Shown here one piece after another: positions 36,701-48,361 of a stretch of DNA of 64,000 nucleotides; within the stretch, counting starts at the first letter, position 1; every line of letters starts with the position of its first letter. Where the stretch lies: the NCBI GenBank assembly GCA_002269645.1, contig NIVC01000001.1, positions 62,001-126,000 of the forward strand. The letters run 5' to 3'. The notes beneath the pieces were generated by a model that did no database searches, was not told where the DNA came from, and saw only the letters and a program-made list of their open reading frames with translations. The position numbers and the translations under genes are program-made. The stretch is from Macrostomum lignano. Its lineage: Eukaryota.

Positions 36701-37745
36701 ACAAACCTTAGGCGGGCCGGATTGCTATTGTGAAGTTTCAAAGGACCCGAGGGTCGGATAGAGAGGCTCGGCGGGCCGGAGTTTACCGATCTGATCTACT
36801 GCAATCAAGTGCTAGATGATAAATATAGATCGTTGCCATGGTAACTTACATCCCGTTTGGCCCCCGAGCTTGGAGTGTCGAATGTCGACTCGCTTCTGGG
36901 TGAATTTTCTTCGCTCGGAGGACACCGATCGCCAGCGATGGATCATCACCGACATGTCGGCCACTTCGCGAATCCCCAGGCTTTTTCGTCGACTAAAGAA
37001 GCATTTTTATTTAGTATCAAAATTATATTTATGCCTCCATTAGTCTAAAAAACAATCTCTTTATTATTAATAACTCATACTCTGCCATCTGCAACTTAAT
37101 AAAACTTTTCGGAAAAGTGTGAATGGTAGAACTGCATAAACGATTGAGTGGGTTATTAAAAACAGGTTTTTTGTTTTTTGTGGATATTCGGATTAACTTA
37201 GCATATAAACTTCTGACTTTAACCTTAAAATTTGTCCTAACTTAAAGTTATTTCAATTCTATATCTAAGTTTTTAAATTGAAGCAGTTATCTATAGGATA
37301 TTTAAATATATATAAACATTAGCAAAACTTTCGTTTTAATTTTTAACTGCCACATAATTTTACTTCTTGTCATAAGAATTTATAGTAATCCAATGTGTAA
37401 ACTGTACACTGAAGGATTCACGTACATATATCGAAAATTTACTGCACATATAGGAGCTAAAAAGTAGCAAATGTTTTTCTATTGCCAAACAATTAAATAT
37501 TAGAGTAACTAAAGTGTTTCAGAAACTTCTCTACAGTGTACAAAATTTTCTTGCTTAGTCTACTCTTAAGTCTGTCATACTAGTATCGTTTTCTCAAGTT
37601 TGCTCGTAGTCAATTGATGTCTATTTTATTTTTTATTTACATATTTTTAAGACCGTTTGTTACTTAAGGTTGTTACATACCCTTTGTTAAGCTCTTCATG
37701 CTTCTGCTTCGTCGAGGAATCACTTTCATTGCCTTTTTTATCCAT
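23647..37745 (-). CDS. Ankyrin-repeat TRP-type cation channel (14 exons, about 928 aa)
   Basis: Exons 37745-37681, 36992-36850, 36385-35819, 34962-34853, 34749-34585, 33859-33768, 32591-32459, 32384-32307, 27193-26782, 26134-25947, 25433-25318, 25243-25039, 24752-24600, 24006-23647; all GT-AG with matching phases. Ankyrin motifs (GQTVLH, GWTPLH, GQTPLF, QRTPLF), pre-S1 QWTQFG, YFDDWWNYLDW, WIRLLKYVKPFEFFGPFIVML, pore FSMFRLTLVDEY, S6 LNLFIAQLSETF and a C-terminal coiled coil. Confidence 0.88.
24236..24512 (+). mobile_element. tRNA-derived SINE family A (CORE-like centre), near full length
   Basis: A-box TAGCCTAGTGG, B-box GGTTCGATTC, central GTGTCCTTTAGCAAGACACTTAA...CACCCAGCTG..AGTGGG, A/T-rich tail; related copies elsewhere in the window. 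Confidence 0.8.
25676..25920 (-). mobile_element. SINE family A copy
   Basis: Reverse complement of the 24236 element (GCAACCGACAGCTCAGCCGCAGC...TTTTACAGCTGGGTGAA). Confidence 0.75.
26278..26638 (-). mobile_element. SINE family A copy with a short internal insertion
   Basis: Includes the tRNA head (GGGAATCGAACCC...CCACTAGGCTAC); about 48 nt inserted between duplicated TTTTACAGC. Confidence 0.75.
27225..27445. repeat. Minisatellite, 22 bp unit (CAGCCACCTCACTCCCAGCAGG), left part
   Basis: Same unit resumes at 31755 after the insertion. Confidence 0.95.
27446..31754. mobile_element. 4.3 kb non-autonomous TIR element, 6-bp TSD, superfamily uncertain (Polinton-derived or hAT variant)
   Basis: Perfect 20-bp TIRs ACTACTAAGGGCCGGCAGAT (27446-27465) and ATCTGCCGGCCCTTAGTAGT (31735-31754); CACCTC duplicated at 27440-27445 and 31755-31760; interrupts a 22-bp minisatellite. 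Confidence 0.85.
31755..32270. repeat. Minisatellite, 22 bp unit, right part
   Basis: Continuation of the array at 27225. Confidence 0.95.
32690..33480. repeat. Minisatellite, 33-34 bp unit (GGGCCATCCGACTCAAGGACTGTGTACTGGGTT), TRP intron
   Basis: Tandem copies. Confidence 0.95.
34218..34465 (+). mobile_element. SINE family B, 5'-truncated copy
   Basis: Shares GCACAGTGAAGTGTACATGCCTAACG...ATGTCGCTTA with the copies at 35469 and 49851. Confidence 0.75.
35010..35410. repeat. Minisatellite, 30-32 bp unit (GTCCTAGTGTGTGTCTGTCTATGTGTCTCATT)
   Basis: Tandem copies. Confidence 0.9.
35469..35813 (+). mobile_element. SINE family B copy with tRNA-like head
   Basis: Head GTAGCCCAATGGTCTAG...CCTCGATTCCC, shared body, A-rich tail. 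Confidence 0.75.
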
Positions 37746-39089
37746 GGTGTTTGTAGTTGGATCATGAGATTTGTGAACAAAAGTTGTAGTGTGTAAAAAA
37801 AGAAATTATATGCGTGTTGAATTCGTTGCTCTAAGCACTTTACCTTAGTAGTAAAAGTTAAAACAAAATATTGAAAATATAAGAACTAATAACCAGTAGT
37901 CTGATGTTGCAAGAATATGAAGTGTTTTAGAACTGTTATTAACATAAGAAATGCACCATTTTTTATGGATTTATTTTTTCGGTTTGAGTCAACTTTCCGT
38001 ATTTCAGTAGTAAATTGTATGTTTACTAACGATATATAATAAATTGTACTGTATGCCAGTTGCCAGAATATATTGTTTTTTTTTATACATGCATAATCAT
38101 TCATAAATAATAGGAAAAAACAATTTACTTTTAATTTTAGTCAGCCAAAAAACATGGCCCTCGCTTACTCGCATCCAACTCCTACATTGTCGTCTAGTAA
38201 ACTTGTTATGTAGCTCATTGATGTGCGATCACTCATACGTCAAGGCTTATGGCGGAATTTCTGAGATTGTCAAGATTAACGGGGGATTGCTGAGATATTA
38301 AGGCTGAAAGGTCAGAAGCTGCATTTGTCTATTTAATTTTTATTCCATTTTTTGTTGGCTCTCTAACGGGGGCGCTGATTGCTAGTTTCGAGCTAAAACT
38401 TAAAGATTTACATGTGTAGAAGACTCGTTTCATAACAGAACGTTTTTCTATTTTTTAAGTTTAATAGGGAATTTCTAAAGTAAATATTGCGTCTTTAGAT
38501 TAAAGACTGCTACATTAATATTTTTAGAATAATTTCTGAAAAATAATGTGCGAGATATAAGCCTAAAATATAAATCAAGCTTGCCATCAAGGAGTTTCTC
38601 TCTTGACCCACATATTTTAAATAAATAAAAATTATCTTAAAGAACAAAAGACATCGCCAACAGGTTGGTTTGTATTGAATAGATTCAGCAAGAATTCCAA
38701 ATATTACTGCAGGAATTTCCAGTCTATTTAATTACCAGTAATTTCCATAAACAGTAACCAACAGTAGTCACTGTTTGCACAGATATTTTCACAGGTCAAG
38801 ATTCCAACAGTGAACAGAATGACAAAATTGAATGCAAGGCAAAGCTTGTATTTAATAAATAATTAATTGGACTTCTGCTAGCATTGCCATTTCACCCAAA
38901 CTATAAATAGTGTTTTTAATGCTCTAAATAGCATAAACAGCATTAATATTATTGTATAGAAGGAATAACAATTGCAGTAAGACTAGCTGCTATATTATAT
39001 ACGGTTTTAAGCTTCGTTGATACTAATGCGTTGAAAAACAACCAATACGGAACGCAGCAGGTTTCTTTCTCTGAATTCGGGGATCATAA

Positions 39090-40200
39090 GCGGCTTGAGG
39101 GCATTTTTGGGGTACCGTTTGAGGGTATTTTAGGGGTGCCGTTTGAGGGTATTTTAGAGGTACCGTTTGAGGGTATTTTAGGGATGCCGTTTGGGGGTAT
39201 TTTAGGGGTACTGTTTGAGGGTATTTTAGGGGTGCCGTTTGAGGGTTTAGGGGTACTGCTTGAGGGTATTTTAGGGGTACTGCTTGAGGGTATTTTAAGG
39301 GGTACCGTTTGAGGGTATTTTAGGGGTATCGTTCGAGGAGGGTATTTTAGGGGAACCGTTCGAGGAGAATATTTTAGGGGAACCGTTCGAGGAGGGTATT
39401 TTAGGGGTACTGTTTGAGGAGGGTATTTTAGGGGAACCGTTCGAGGAGGGTATTTTAGGGGTACCGTTTGAGGAGGGTATTTTAGGGGTACCGTTTGAGG
39501 AGGGTATTTTAGGGGTACCGTTTGAGGAGGGTATTTTAGGGGTACCGTTTGAGGAGGGTATTTTAGGGGTACCGTTTGAGGAGGGTATTTTAGGGGTACC
39601 GTTTGAGGAGGGTATTTTAGGGGTACCGTTTGAGGAGGGTATTTTAGGGGTACCGTTTGAGGAGGGTATTTTAGGGGTACCGTTTGAGGAGGGTATTTTA
39701 GGGGTACCGTTTGAGGAGGGTCTTTTAGGGGTAACGTTTGAGGGTCTTTTAGGGGTACTGTTTGATGGTATTTTAAGGGATACCGCTTGAGGGTATTTTA
39801 GGAGTTCCTTTTGAGAGTATTTTAGGGGTACCATTCGAGGAGGGTATTTTAGGGGTACCGTTTGAGGAGGGTATTTTAGGGGTACCGTTTGAGGAGGGTA
39901 TTTTAGGGGTACCGTTTGAGGAGGGTATTTTAGGGGTACCGTTTGAGGAGGGTATTTTAGGGGTACCGTTTGAGGAGGGTATTTTAGGGGTAACGTTTGA
40001 GGGTCTTTTAGGGGTACTGTTTGATGGTATTTTAAGGGATACCGCTTGAGGGTATTTTAGGAGTTCCTTTTGAGAGTATTTTAGGGGTACCATTCGAGGA
40101 GGGTATTTTAGGGGTACCATTCGAGGAGGGTATTTTAGGGGTACCATTCGAGGAGGGTATTTTAGGGGTACCATTCGAGGAGGGTATTTTAGGGGTATTT
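39090..40200. repeat. Minisatellite, 24-27 bp unit (GAGGAGGGTATTTTAGGGGTACCGTTT)
   Basis: Tandem copies with an internal block duplication. Confidence 0.95.
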
Positions 40201-40493
40201 TAACCAAACAATGACCACTGCATGAATAATTTTCATTACCATAGAGTGATACGGAATGCTATATTATAAAGTTAGAAATCAGAGTAAAGCAAAATCTCAG
40301 AGAAATATTATATTAAATGTGAGATTAGGAATGAAAGAATCAGCTATACTATATTATAAGGATACCCGCTGTTTACTCATGACTTATAAGTTTTATATTA
40401 GCAATAAAACAAGGGGTACTTAAGAAACCTATTGCAAGATAAAGCAGTGAAGCAATTATAACAAAGCAGTGTTAAAAATAAGAAAGCCGCTGC

Positions 40494-43400
40494 TCAAGCC
40501 ACCCCAGTGCTGACAATGCCGAGCTCCTCCAGCAGTGACTTTGGCTCCTCGCACTCCTGAAACACAGTGAGGATAAATGATGAGGATTTCCCATCGGCAA
40601 TGCGAGACACGCGGGAATTATTAACAAGTTCTATTTATACATATAGTACATAGTGCGGGCTGTTTCACAACATTATAGAAATAATAAAATATAATACGAT
40701 TACTTAGCACAGGTATTTCATAAGTACACTTGTACATAACACTTGTTATACATTCTGTTAAGTAAGTTGAAATTCCTTCGTCGCTTTCTAATAATCTACC
40801 TCAGTGTTACAATTTTTGTTAATCTTAATTAATTTGTTAATTAATTAATTTTTAAAACTTATCCACCTCTTGGCTTGGCCTTCCAATAATCAACCTGACT
40901 TGACCTCAGGGATACGTAATCCACCTGACCTGGCCTTAGATAATACACCTGACCTGGCTTTCAGATAATCCACCTGACCTGGCTTTCAGATAATCCACCT
41001 GACCTGGCCTTTAGATCATGCTTGGGCGCAACCTTGGGATTCACCCGGCCGCCTCTATTGGCAACACACACATGTAAGTCGCTATTGGACGGAATAGTAG
41101 TCACGTGACTGCTCTCAGCCAATAGCGACTTACATGTGTGTGTTGCCAATAGAAACGGCCAAGTGATTCCCAAAGTTGCGCATGTGTGCTTTAGATAATC
41201 CATCTGACCTGACCTTCAGATAATCCACCTGACCTGGCTTTCAGATAATCCACCTGACCTGGCTTTCAGATAATCCACCTGACCTGGCTTTCAGATAATC
41301 CACCTGACCTGGCCTTTAGATAATCCATCTGAACTGACCTTCAGATAATCCATCTGACCTGACCTTCAGATAATCCATCTGACCTGACCTTCAGATAATC
41401 CACCTGACCTGGCTTTCAGATAATCCACCTGACCTGGCTTTCAGATAATCCACCTGACCTGGCCTTTAGATAATCCATCTGACCTGACCTTCAGATAATC
41501 CATCTGACCTGACCTTCAGATAATCCATCTGACATGGCCTTCAGAATATCCACCTGACCTTCAGATAATCCACCCGACCTGACCTTCAGATAATCCACCT
41601 GACCTGGCCTTCAGATAATCCACCTGACCTTCAGATAATCCACCTGACCTGGCCTTCAGATAATCCACCTGACCTGGCCTTCAGATAATCCACCTGACCT
41701 GGCCTTCAGATAATCCACCTGACCTGGCTTTCAGATAATCCACCTGACCTGACCTTCAGATAATCCACCTGACCTGGCTTTCAGATAATCCACCTGACCT
41801 GGCCTTCAGATAATCCACCTGACCTTCAGATAATCCACCTGACCTGGCCTTGAGATAATCCACCTAAACTGGCCTTCAGATAATCCACCTGACCTGGCCT
41901 TAGATAATCCGCCTGACCTGGCCTTCAGATAATCCACCTGACCTGGCTTTCAGATAATCCACCTGACCTGACCTTCAGATAATCCACCTGACCTGGCTTT
42001 CAGATAATCCACCTGACCTGGCCTTCAGATAATCCACCTGACCTGGCCTTAGATAATCCACCTAGTCACTACGACAGTGTGAAATGAGTTTTTCATCACG
42101 GAAATTAGCCAATGAAAATTGAAAGGGTAAAATGAAGGGAAGTCAAAATATCGAGGTTAGAGTTAAAGGTCAAGGCCGAACCAGATTTTCGACATACAAA
42201 GGGATTAAAGAGGCTATTAAATTAAAACTATCCTAGAAACTTAAACTATACACATACTAATAATTGCACAGGCTGTTAGATTAAAGCTACGGCTTTAAAT
42301 AAGAACCGTTTCATTAGGGACAGCCTGAAGGAAAACTACAAGGCTTAACGACAGTAAAAATAAACAGCACCGGCACAGAAGCGACACAGTTTGATAAAAG
42401 ATCACCACATTGAATTAGTAAACTTACAGCACCAGCGAAATAAATTGAATTGCGGAACTCCACACAACAATTTGACAACAAGAAGGGAGAGAAAATTAAC
42501 AAAATCTGGGGCAAAATTTTACCAGCCAATAGTTTTAATTGGCACTCGCACTGGCTGACGGAACTCAGCCAAGCCCGTGGTCGTCAAAGAATCCCTGCGG
42601 AGTCTCTTCCTTCAGTGCGGGAGTTCGATTCGGTTTTTTAAAAGGGCGATTAAAGTGCAGGCACTCTGGGAGGCTGGCCCAGCAACTGAGGATCTGTGAG
42701 GCTGGCACAGCAACTGAGGATCTAGAAGGCTGGCCCAGCAACTGAGGATCTGTGAGGCTGGCACAGCAACTGAGGATCTGGGAGGCTGGCCCAGCAACTT
42801 CAGGAGGATCTGGGAGGCTGGCCCAGCAACTTCAGGAGGATCTGGGAGGCTGGGCCAGCAACTTCAGGAGGATCTGGGAGGCTGGCCCAGCAACTTCATG
42901 AGGATCTGGGAGGCTGGCCCAGCAACTGAGGATCTGAGAGGCTGGCAAAGCAACTGAGGATCTAGGAGGCTGGCCCAGCAACTGACACTGTGGGAGGCTG
43001 GCTCAGCAACTGAGGATCTAGAAGGCTGGCCCAGCAACTGAGGATCTGTGAGGCTGGCACAGCAACTGAGGATCTGGGAGGCTGGCCCAGCAACTTCAGG
43101 AGGATCTGGGAGGCTGGCCCAGCAACTTCAGGAGGATCTGGGAGGCTGGGCCAGCAACTTCAGGAGGATCTGGGAGGCTGGCCCAGCAACTTCATGAGGA
43201 TCTGGGAGGCTGGCCCAGCAACTGAGGATCTGAGAGGCTGGCAAAGCAACTGAGGATCTAGGAGGCTGGCCCAGCAACTGACACTGTGGGAGGCTGGCTC
43301 AGCAACTGAGGATCTGGGAGGCTGGCCCAGCAACTGAGGATCTGGGAGGCTGGCCCAGCAATTGAGGAGCTGGGAGGCTGGCCCAGCAGCTGAGGATCTG

Positions 43401-46400
43401 GGAGGTTGGCGGTGGTCCAGCCTGAGGATCTGGGAGGCTGGCGGTGGCCCAGCAACTGAGGATCTGGGAGGCTGGCCCAGCAATTGAGGAGCTGGGAGGC
43501 TGGCCCAGCAGCTGAGGATCTGGGAGGCTGGCCCAGCAACTGAGGATCTGGGAGGCTGGCCCAGCAACTGAGGATCTGGGAGGCTGGCCCAGCAATTGAG
43601 GAGCTGGGAGGCTGGCCCAGCAGCTGAGGATCTGGGAGGCTGGCCCAGCAACTGAGGATCTGGGAGGCTGGCCCAGCAATTGAGGAGCTGGGAGGCTGGC
43701 CCAGCAGCTGAGGATCTGGGAGGTTGGCGGTGGTCCAGCCTGAGGATCTGGGAGGCTGGCGGTGGCCCAGCAACTGAGGATCTGGGAGGCTGGCCCAGCA
43801 ATTGAGGAGCTGGGAGGCTGGCCCAGCAGCTGAGGATCTGGGAGGCTGGCCCAGCAACTGAGGATCTGGGAGGCTGGCCCAGCAACTGAGGATCTGGGAG
43901 GCTGGCCCAGCAATTGAGGAGCTGGGAGGCTGGCCCAGCAGCTGAGGATCTGGGAGGCTGGCCCAGCAACTGAGGATCTGGGAGGCTGGCCCAGCAACTG
44001 AGGATCTGGGAGGCTGGCCCAGCAACTTCAGGAGGATCTGGGAGGCTGGCCCAGCAACTTCAGGAGGATCTGGGAGGCTGGCCCAGCAATTGAGGAGCTG
44101 GGAGGCTGGCCCAGCAGCTGAGGATCTGGGAGGTTGGCGGTGGTCCAGCCTGAGGATCTGGGAGGCTGGCGGCGGCCCAGCAACTGAGGATCTGGGAGGC
44201 TGGCCCAGCAATTGAGGAGCTGGGAGGCTGGCCCAGCAGCTGAGGATCTGGGAGGCTGGCCCAGCAACTGAGGATCTGGGAGGCTGGCCCAGCAACTGAG
44301 GATCTGGGAGGCTGGCACAGCAACTGAGGACCTGGGAGGTTGGCGGTGGACCAGACTGAGGATCTGGGAGTGCGGCGGCCCAGCCAGCCTGAATATTGGC
44401 ACTATATTAGCAGGCAAATTTGCAATCTAAAAGGAATCCAAGCTCACCTCCTGCAGCAGATCCTGAGCAGCGATGGCTTTGAGCACATTTTTCTTGCTGG
44501 TCTCTTGAACTTCGCCGCCAAGCATGAATTCGTCCAGCATGAAATAGGCCTTCTCAAAGTTGAAGATGATGTCCAGCTCGCACACCTGACCGCAGGTAAG
44601 TGCATAGCCATTGAGTATTTGCCCTTGATTATTGCCTATTTCATGTCAATCTGCTATCTATGGTACTGTCAACCAAAATCCGCGCAGACTCACGCTGCCA
44701 AAGTACTGATCCAGCAGCTCCACATAGCGATGAATGATCTCTAGACAGAGCAGCTCATTGTCGCTCTGCTCAATGGCGCAGCAGAAGTACAAACTGGCGT
44801 ATCTATCAAGTGTAAGCAAAGGCGACACAATGCAAACAATGGCCTATTTGACAGCATGTTGGAATACAGTTTGACAAAATTGCTCACCTTTTGTAGACAA
44901 TCTTCAGATCTTTCCATTCAATAAAGGCACACATTTTCGGCTTCCTGGCTAGAATCATGGTGACCAGGTCTCTGGTGATCTTTTTCTTCATCTTCTCTGA
45001 GTGGGCCATGTACCATTTTTGTAGGCGCAGCTTGCCTTGCCTACTAAACAGTAGCATAAAGTGCATCTAAAATAGCATGGCAACATTTAGGGAAATAAAA
45101 ATAGATTTAAAAGTCATACAAATTATAACTAATCACATAATTTAATTAAGTGTATAAAATCACTTTAAAAGCAAATCTTTGAATCTAAGAAAGAATTTAT
45201 TTTAGTAATCTACTACAAAATGCACTTTTTATGTTAAAATTATCACCAATTATAGATTAGCAAATGAAATTAAATATGTGCTTATTAATTAAAAATTCAA
45301 CTGTTGCTTATAGAAAGACACATAAAAAGACAATCTAGAATGATTTTAAGTGCTTCATTTTTTGAATTTAGTTTATTGAAGTAAAAGTAATATAAAGTAA
45401 AGCTTATTGTTAGAATTTTAAGCAACTATTAAATTTCAATGCATAATATATCCTAATGGTAAATAAGAGAATAAAAAAATAAAAAGATTATTTATCTATT
45501 TTTTGCTATGATCATTAAAGCAAAGTATGATTTCCTAAGTTTAAAATAGTTTTTATAATAACCATATAAGTAATGTACAGATTGTCCCTCAAAATTTTTT
45601 GTTTATAATCACAATCATGCCATGGCATGTCTATGCCAGAACAAATCCTATTAAAAAGTTTACTTGCATACTTGCACTGTGCACCAAAACTATACCTATC
45701 AAATAAGTCTACTTGCCTTATATGTTAGAACTGCTTTTAAAAAAAACAAAAATAAGTATTTTCCTTTTGGAAAATATTGATAACACTTATATTTAAATCT
45801 ATTTCAGTTTTTGTCTTATAACAAAGTATGCCAATATTTTGTCTTGCACCACACTGTGCTAGATTTTTTTCCTTGCCTACTGTTGGACCAGAATGCACTA
45901 GTGTAGTACACTTCCAACTCCATTTTGTATTGTATCTAATCTAAATTTCTTTAAAAAAGGCTATCTTCTTGATTATCATAGGTTTCAATACATGATATGC
46001 CACCTTTCTAACTAAGCCTATGGCCTGGGCTATGGCAATTGGTTAGACCTACAGAAACTATTTTTATTATATAATATTGCATAGACTCTAACATCTTGAT
46101 TCTTCAAAATATAATTTGATTTCTGATCTTAAAAATTCTGTTAGTCATAAGACATAACCTTCAAATGGACAGTTTTAATGAAACCAAATAAATAGGCTTT
46201 AGGAAAACAAATTTATATTTTGGTTTAGCTAATCTTTATAACAGAAAAAATATCTTATTGATAGATATAGAAAATATCGGCTATCCTGTAGTTTCGCACG
46301 TTAAATTATTTTACGGAATTATTTTGCCCTCTATTCAAGGGTGGTGGGGGGTGGGGGTTATAATTAAATGTGCGAAACTACAGGATAGCCAAAATATCAT

Positions 46401-46506
46401 ATACTATTCAATTTTTGAAAATGATAACAATTTTTTTGCAGGTGCCCACCCACAGTACACTGATTACAGTCCAGATTAAGTTCAAGAAATAGAATGCACT
46501 TACCAT
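40494..46506 (-). CDS. AP1S: AP-1 complex subunit sigma (163 aa)
   Basis: Exons 46506-46504 (ATG|GTAAGT), 45066-44888, 44802-44694, 44585-44448, 40556-40494. [20 protein letters not shown]...[10 protein letters not shown]...[20 protein letters not shown]...[13 protein letters not shown] is unmistakably AP1 sigma. Confidence 0.95.
40905..42062. repeat. Minisatellite, about 25 bp unit (TCAGATAATCCACCTGACCTGGCCT), AP1S last intron
   Basis: Tandem copies, interrupted by a MITE at 41017. Confidence 0.95.
41017..41188. mobile_element. Foldback hAT-type MITE (172 bp)
   Basis: Almost fully palindromic about TCAC|GTGA (41104/41105); CA...TG ends; 8-bp TSD CTTTAGAT at 41009-41016 and 41189-41196. Confidence 0.8.
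42660..44380. repeat. Minisatellite, 28-32 bp unit (GAGGATCTGGGAGGCTGGCCCAGCAACT), with higher-order blocks
   Basis: Tandem copies; variant blocks repeat at about 300 bp. Confidence 0.95.
46279..46390. repeat. Inverted repeat (21-bp perfect arms), probable MITE remnant
   Basis: GGCTATCCTGTAGTTTCGCAC / GTGCGAAACTACAGGATAGCC; no TSD identified. Confidence 0.6.
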
Positions 46507-47269
46507 TTTTGTATCTATGCTAATATGTGCAGAAAACAAGAAAGTTTAAGATTTCTAGAGGCCTAGGCCTAATTACCTAATGAAAATGTGACTTAAAACA
46601 CACAAGATGGAGGAGGTTCGAACAAAAGTAAAAAACGTAAAGGAAAGGTTGGGTGATTACTAATATTTATTCCTACTTAGCTATACGCAGTCTAATAAAG
46701 TATAGATGATTACTTTTTAAGGTTCTGAAGAAAAAACGACTTGGATCAAACGAATCCAATTAACGGCAACTTACTCGATTAGAGTCGAAGAGTTCCTAGA
46801 ATAGATGTTCAAAAGTGTACACAATTTGCACACACACCAAATAAGACAAAAGCATAACAAAGTTTATATCTTAAAATAGACATACTATTATTAAACTGCT
46901 TACTAAAGCTTATATTTTAAACTTTAAAAAGTTTTGAGAAATTCAGGAGATAAAACTAGTGAAGATATATATACTTTCACTAAATTTCACTTTTCGCATT
47001 ATAGACACTTAAATGGACTGCTACGAGCTACTTAACCATCCTTCTCACACTACTATTAGTAGCATTCCTTGCGAAAGTTGACATGTCAACATTGCATCAA
47101 TGTTGTTATAACAATTCATTGCATGACAACATTTGCCACGACAATATTAAGCAACATTATGATATGCTGACAACGCCAAAGCCAATGCAAGCCATGCAAG
47201 CATTTGCCAAGCAATCGCATGCAAATTCAATGGCGGTTTGCAGCCTAATCTGATGAATTTTGGTGCAAA

Positions 47270-47515
47270 AAGGTCGGCGGGCAAACTTCTGGCGGGCAAA
47301 CTTCGGCGGACAAACGTCGGTGAGCAAACGTCGGCGGGCAAACTTCGGCGGGTAAACTTCGGCGGGCAAACGTCGGCGGGCAAACTTCGGTGGGAAAACG
47401 TCGGCGGGCAAACTTCCGACGGGCAAACGTCGGCGGGCAAACTTCGGCGGGCAAAATTCGGCGGGCAAACGTCGGCGGGCAAACTTCAGCGGGCAAACGT
47501 CGGCGGGCAAACGTC
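47270..47515. repeat. 14 bp tandem repeat (CGGCGGGCAAACTT/CGT)
   Basis: Tandem copies directly upstream of the recombinase remnant. Confidence 0.9.
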
Positions 47516-47529
47516 GTGCTCCCGATACC

Positions 47530-48361
47530 GACTCGATATTTGGTCAGTATCTGCGCCTGTTCGGTGTTTAAAAAGGATGATGGAACCGCGTACAGTTGCA
47601 GTTCGCTGGCATGGTATGCATGCGCGCAGGAATCCAACGGTACTTGAAGAATTTACGAGGATAGTGACGGTGGGTATCGAGCATTAGAGCTTGAAGATTT
47701 GGCGTTGTTGTATGCGTATTTTGACTGTAGCTCGCCACAGAAACTGCAACAGGAAGTCTTCTTTCTCCTGAGCTCGCACTTTGCCTTTCGTGGACGTGAA
47801 TGGATTCGAGGGCTTGAGAAAAAAGATGTCATTCTGCGGGAATCTACTGGAGGTATGACGTGCGTTGACTTATCGAAGGAAAATAAATAAAAGTGTGTGT
47901 CCGCCGATGCCCCTCGGTCCAATCGGGAGATTGGGATTTTTCCTGTGCAAGACAAACTCTGTGTGTCCAGTTGAAGCGATCAAACTGTATCTTTCGAAGC
48001 TTCCCTCTGAGTATCTTTCGAAGCTTCCATCTGAGAATAGCTGTCTGTTTCCTAGGCCTGCCATCAAGTGGCAGAATGGAGCATGGTATTGCCCAAAGGA
48101 CATATTGTTGGGCAAGAACTCTCATTGTCCAACATTATGAAGACGATCTCGAAAGCGGCCAGGCTCTCGCGGGACTACACTAACCATTCGATCCGCGCAA
48201 CAACCATAACAAGCTTGGCGTCTGTTGGATTCAGTGCCGAAGCGATTCAAACCGTCTCCGGACACAAAAAGGTGGACAGTGTTGTCCGTTATATAAAGCG
48301 GACAGCGATGGCCCAGAAGCGAGCATTGTCTTCAGCAATCACAGATAGTCTACATGCCTAA
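47530..48361 (+). pseudogene. Crypton-type (DUF3504-like) tyrosine recombinase remnant
   Basis: Motifs in shifting frames: KKDDGTAYSCSSL, LQQEVFFLLSSHFAFRGREW (catalytic R), CPVEAIKLYLSKL, YTNHSIRAT (HxxR), SGHK, VVRY (catalytic Y). Has stops, frameshifts and a 24-bp internal duplication. Confidence 0.85.
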
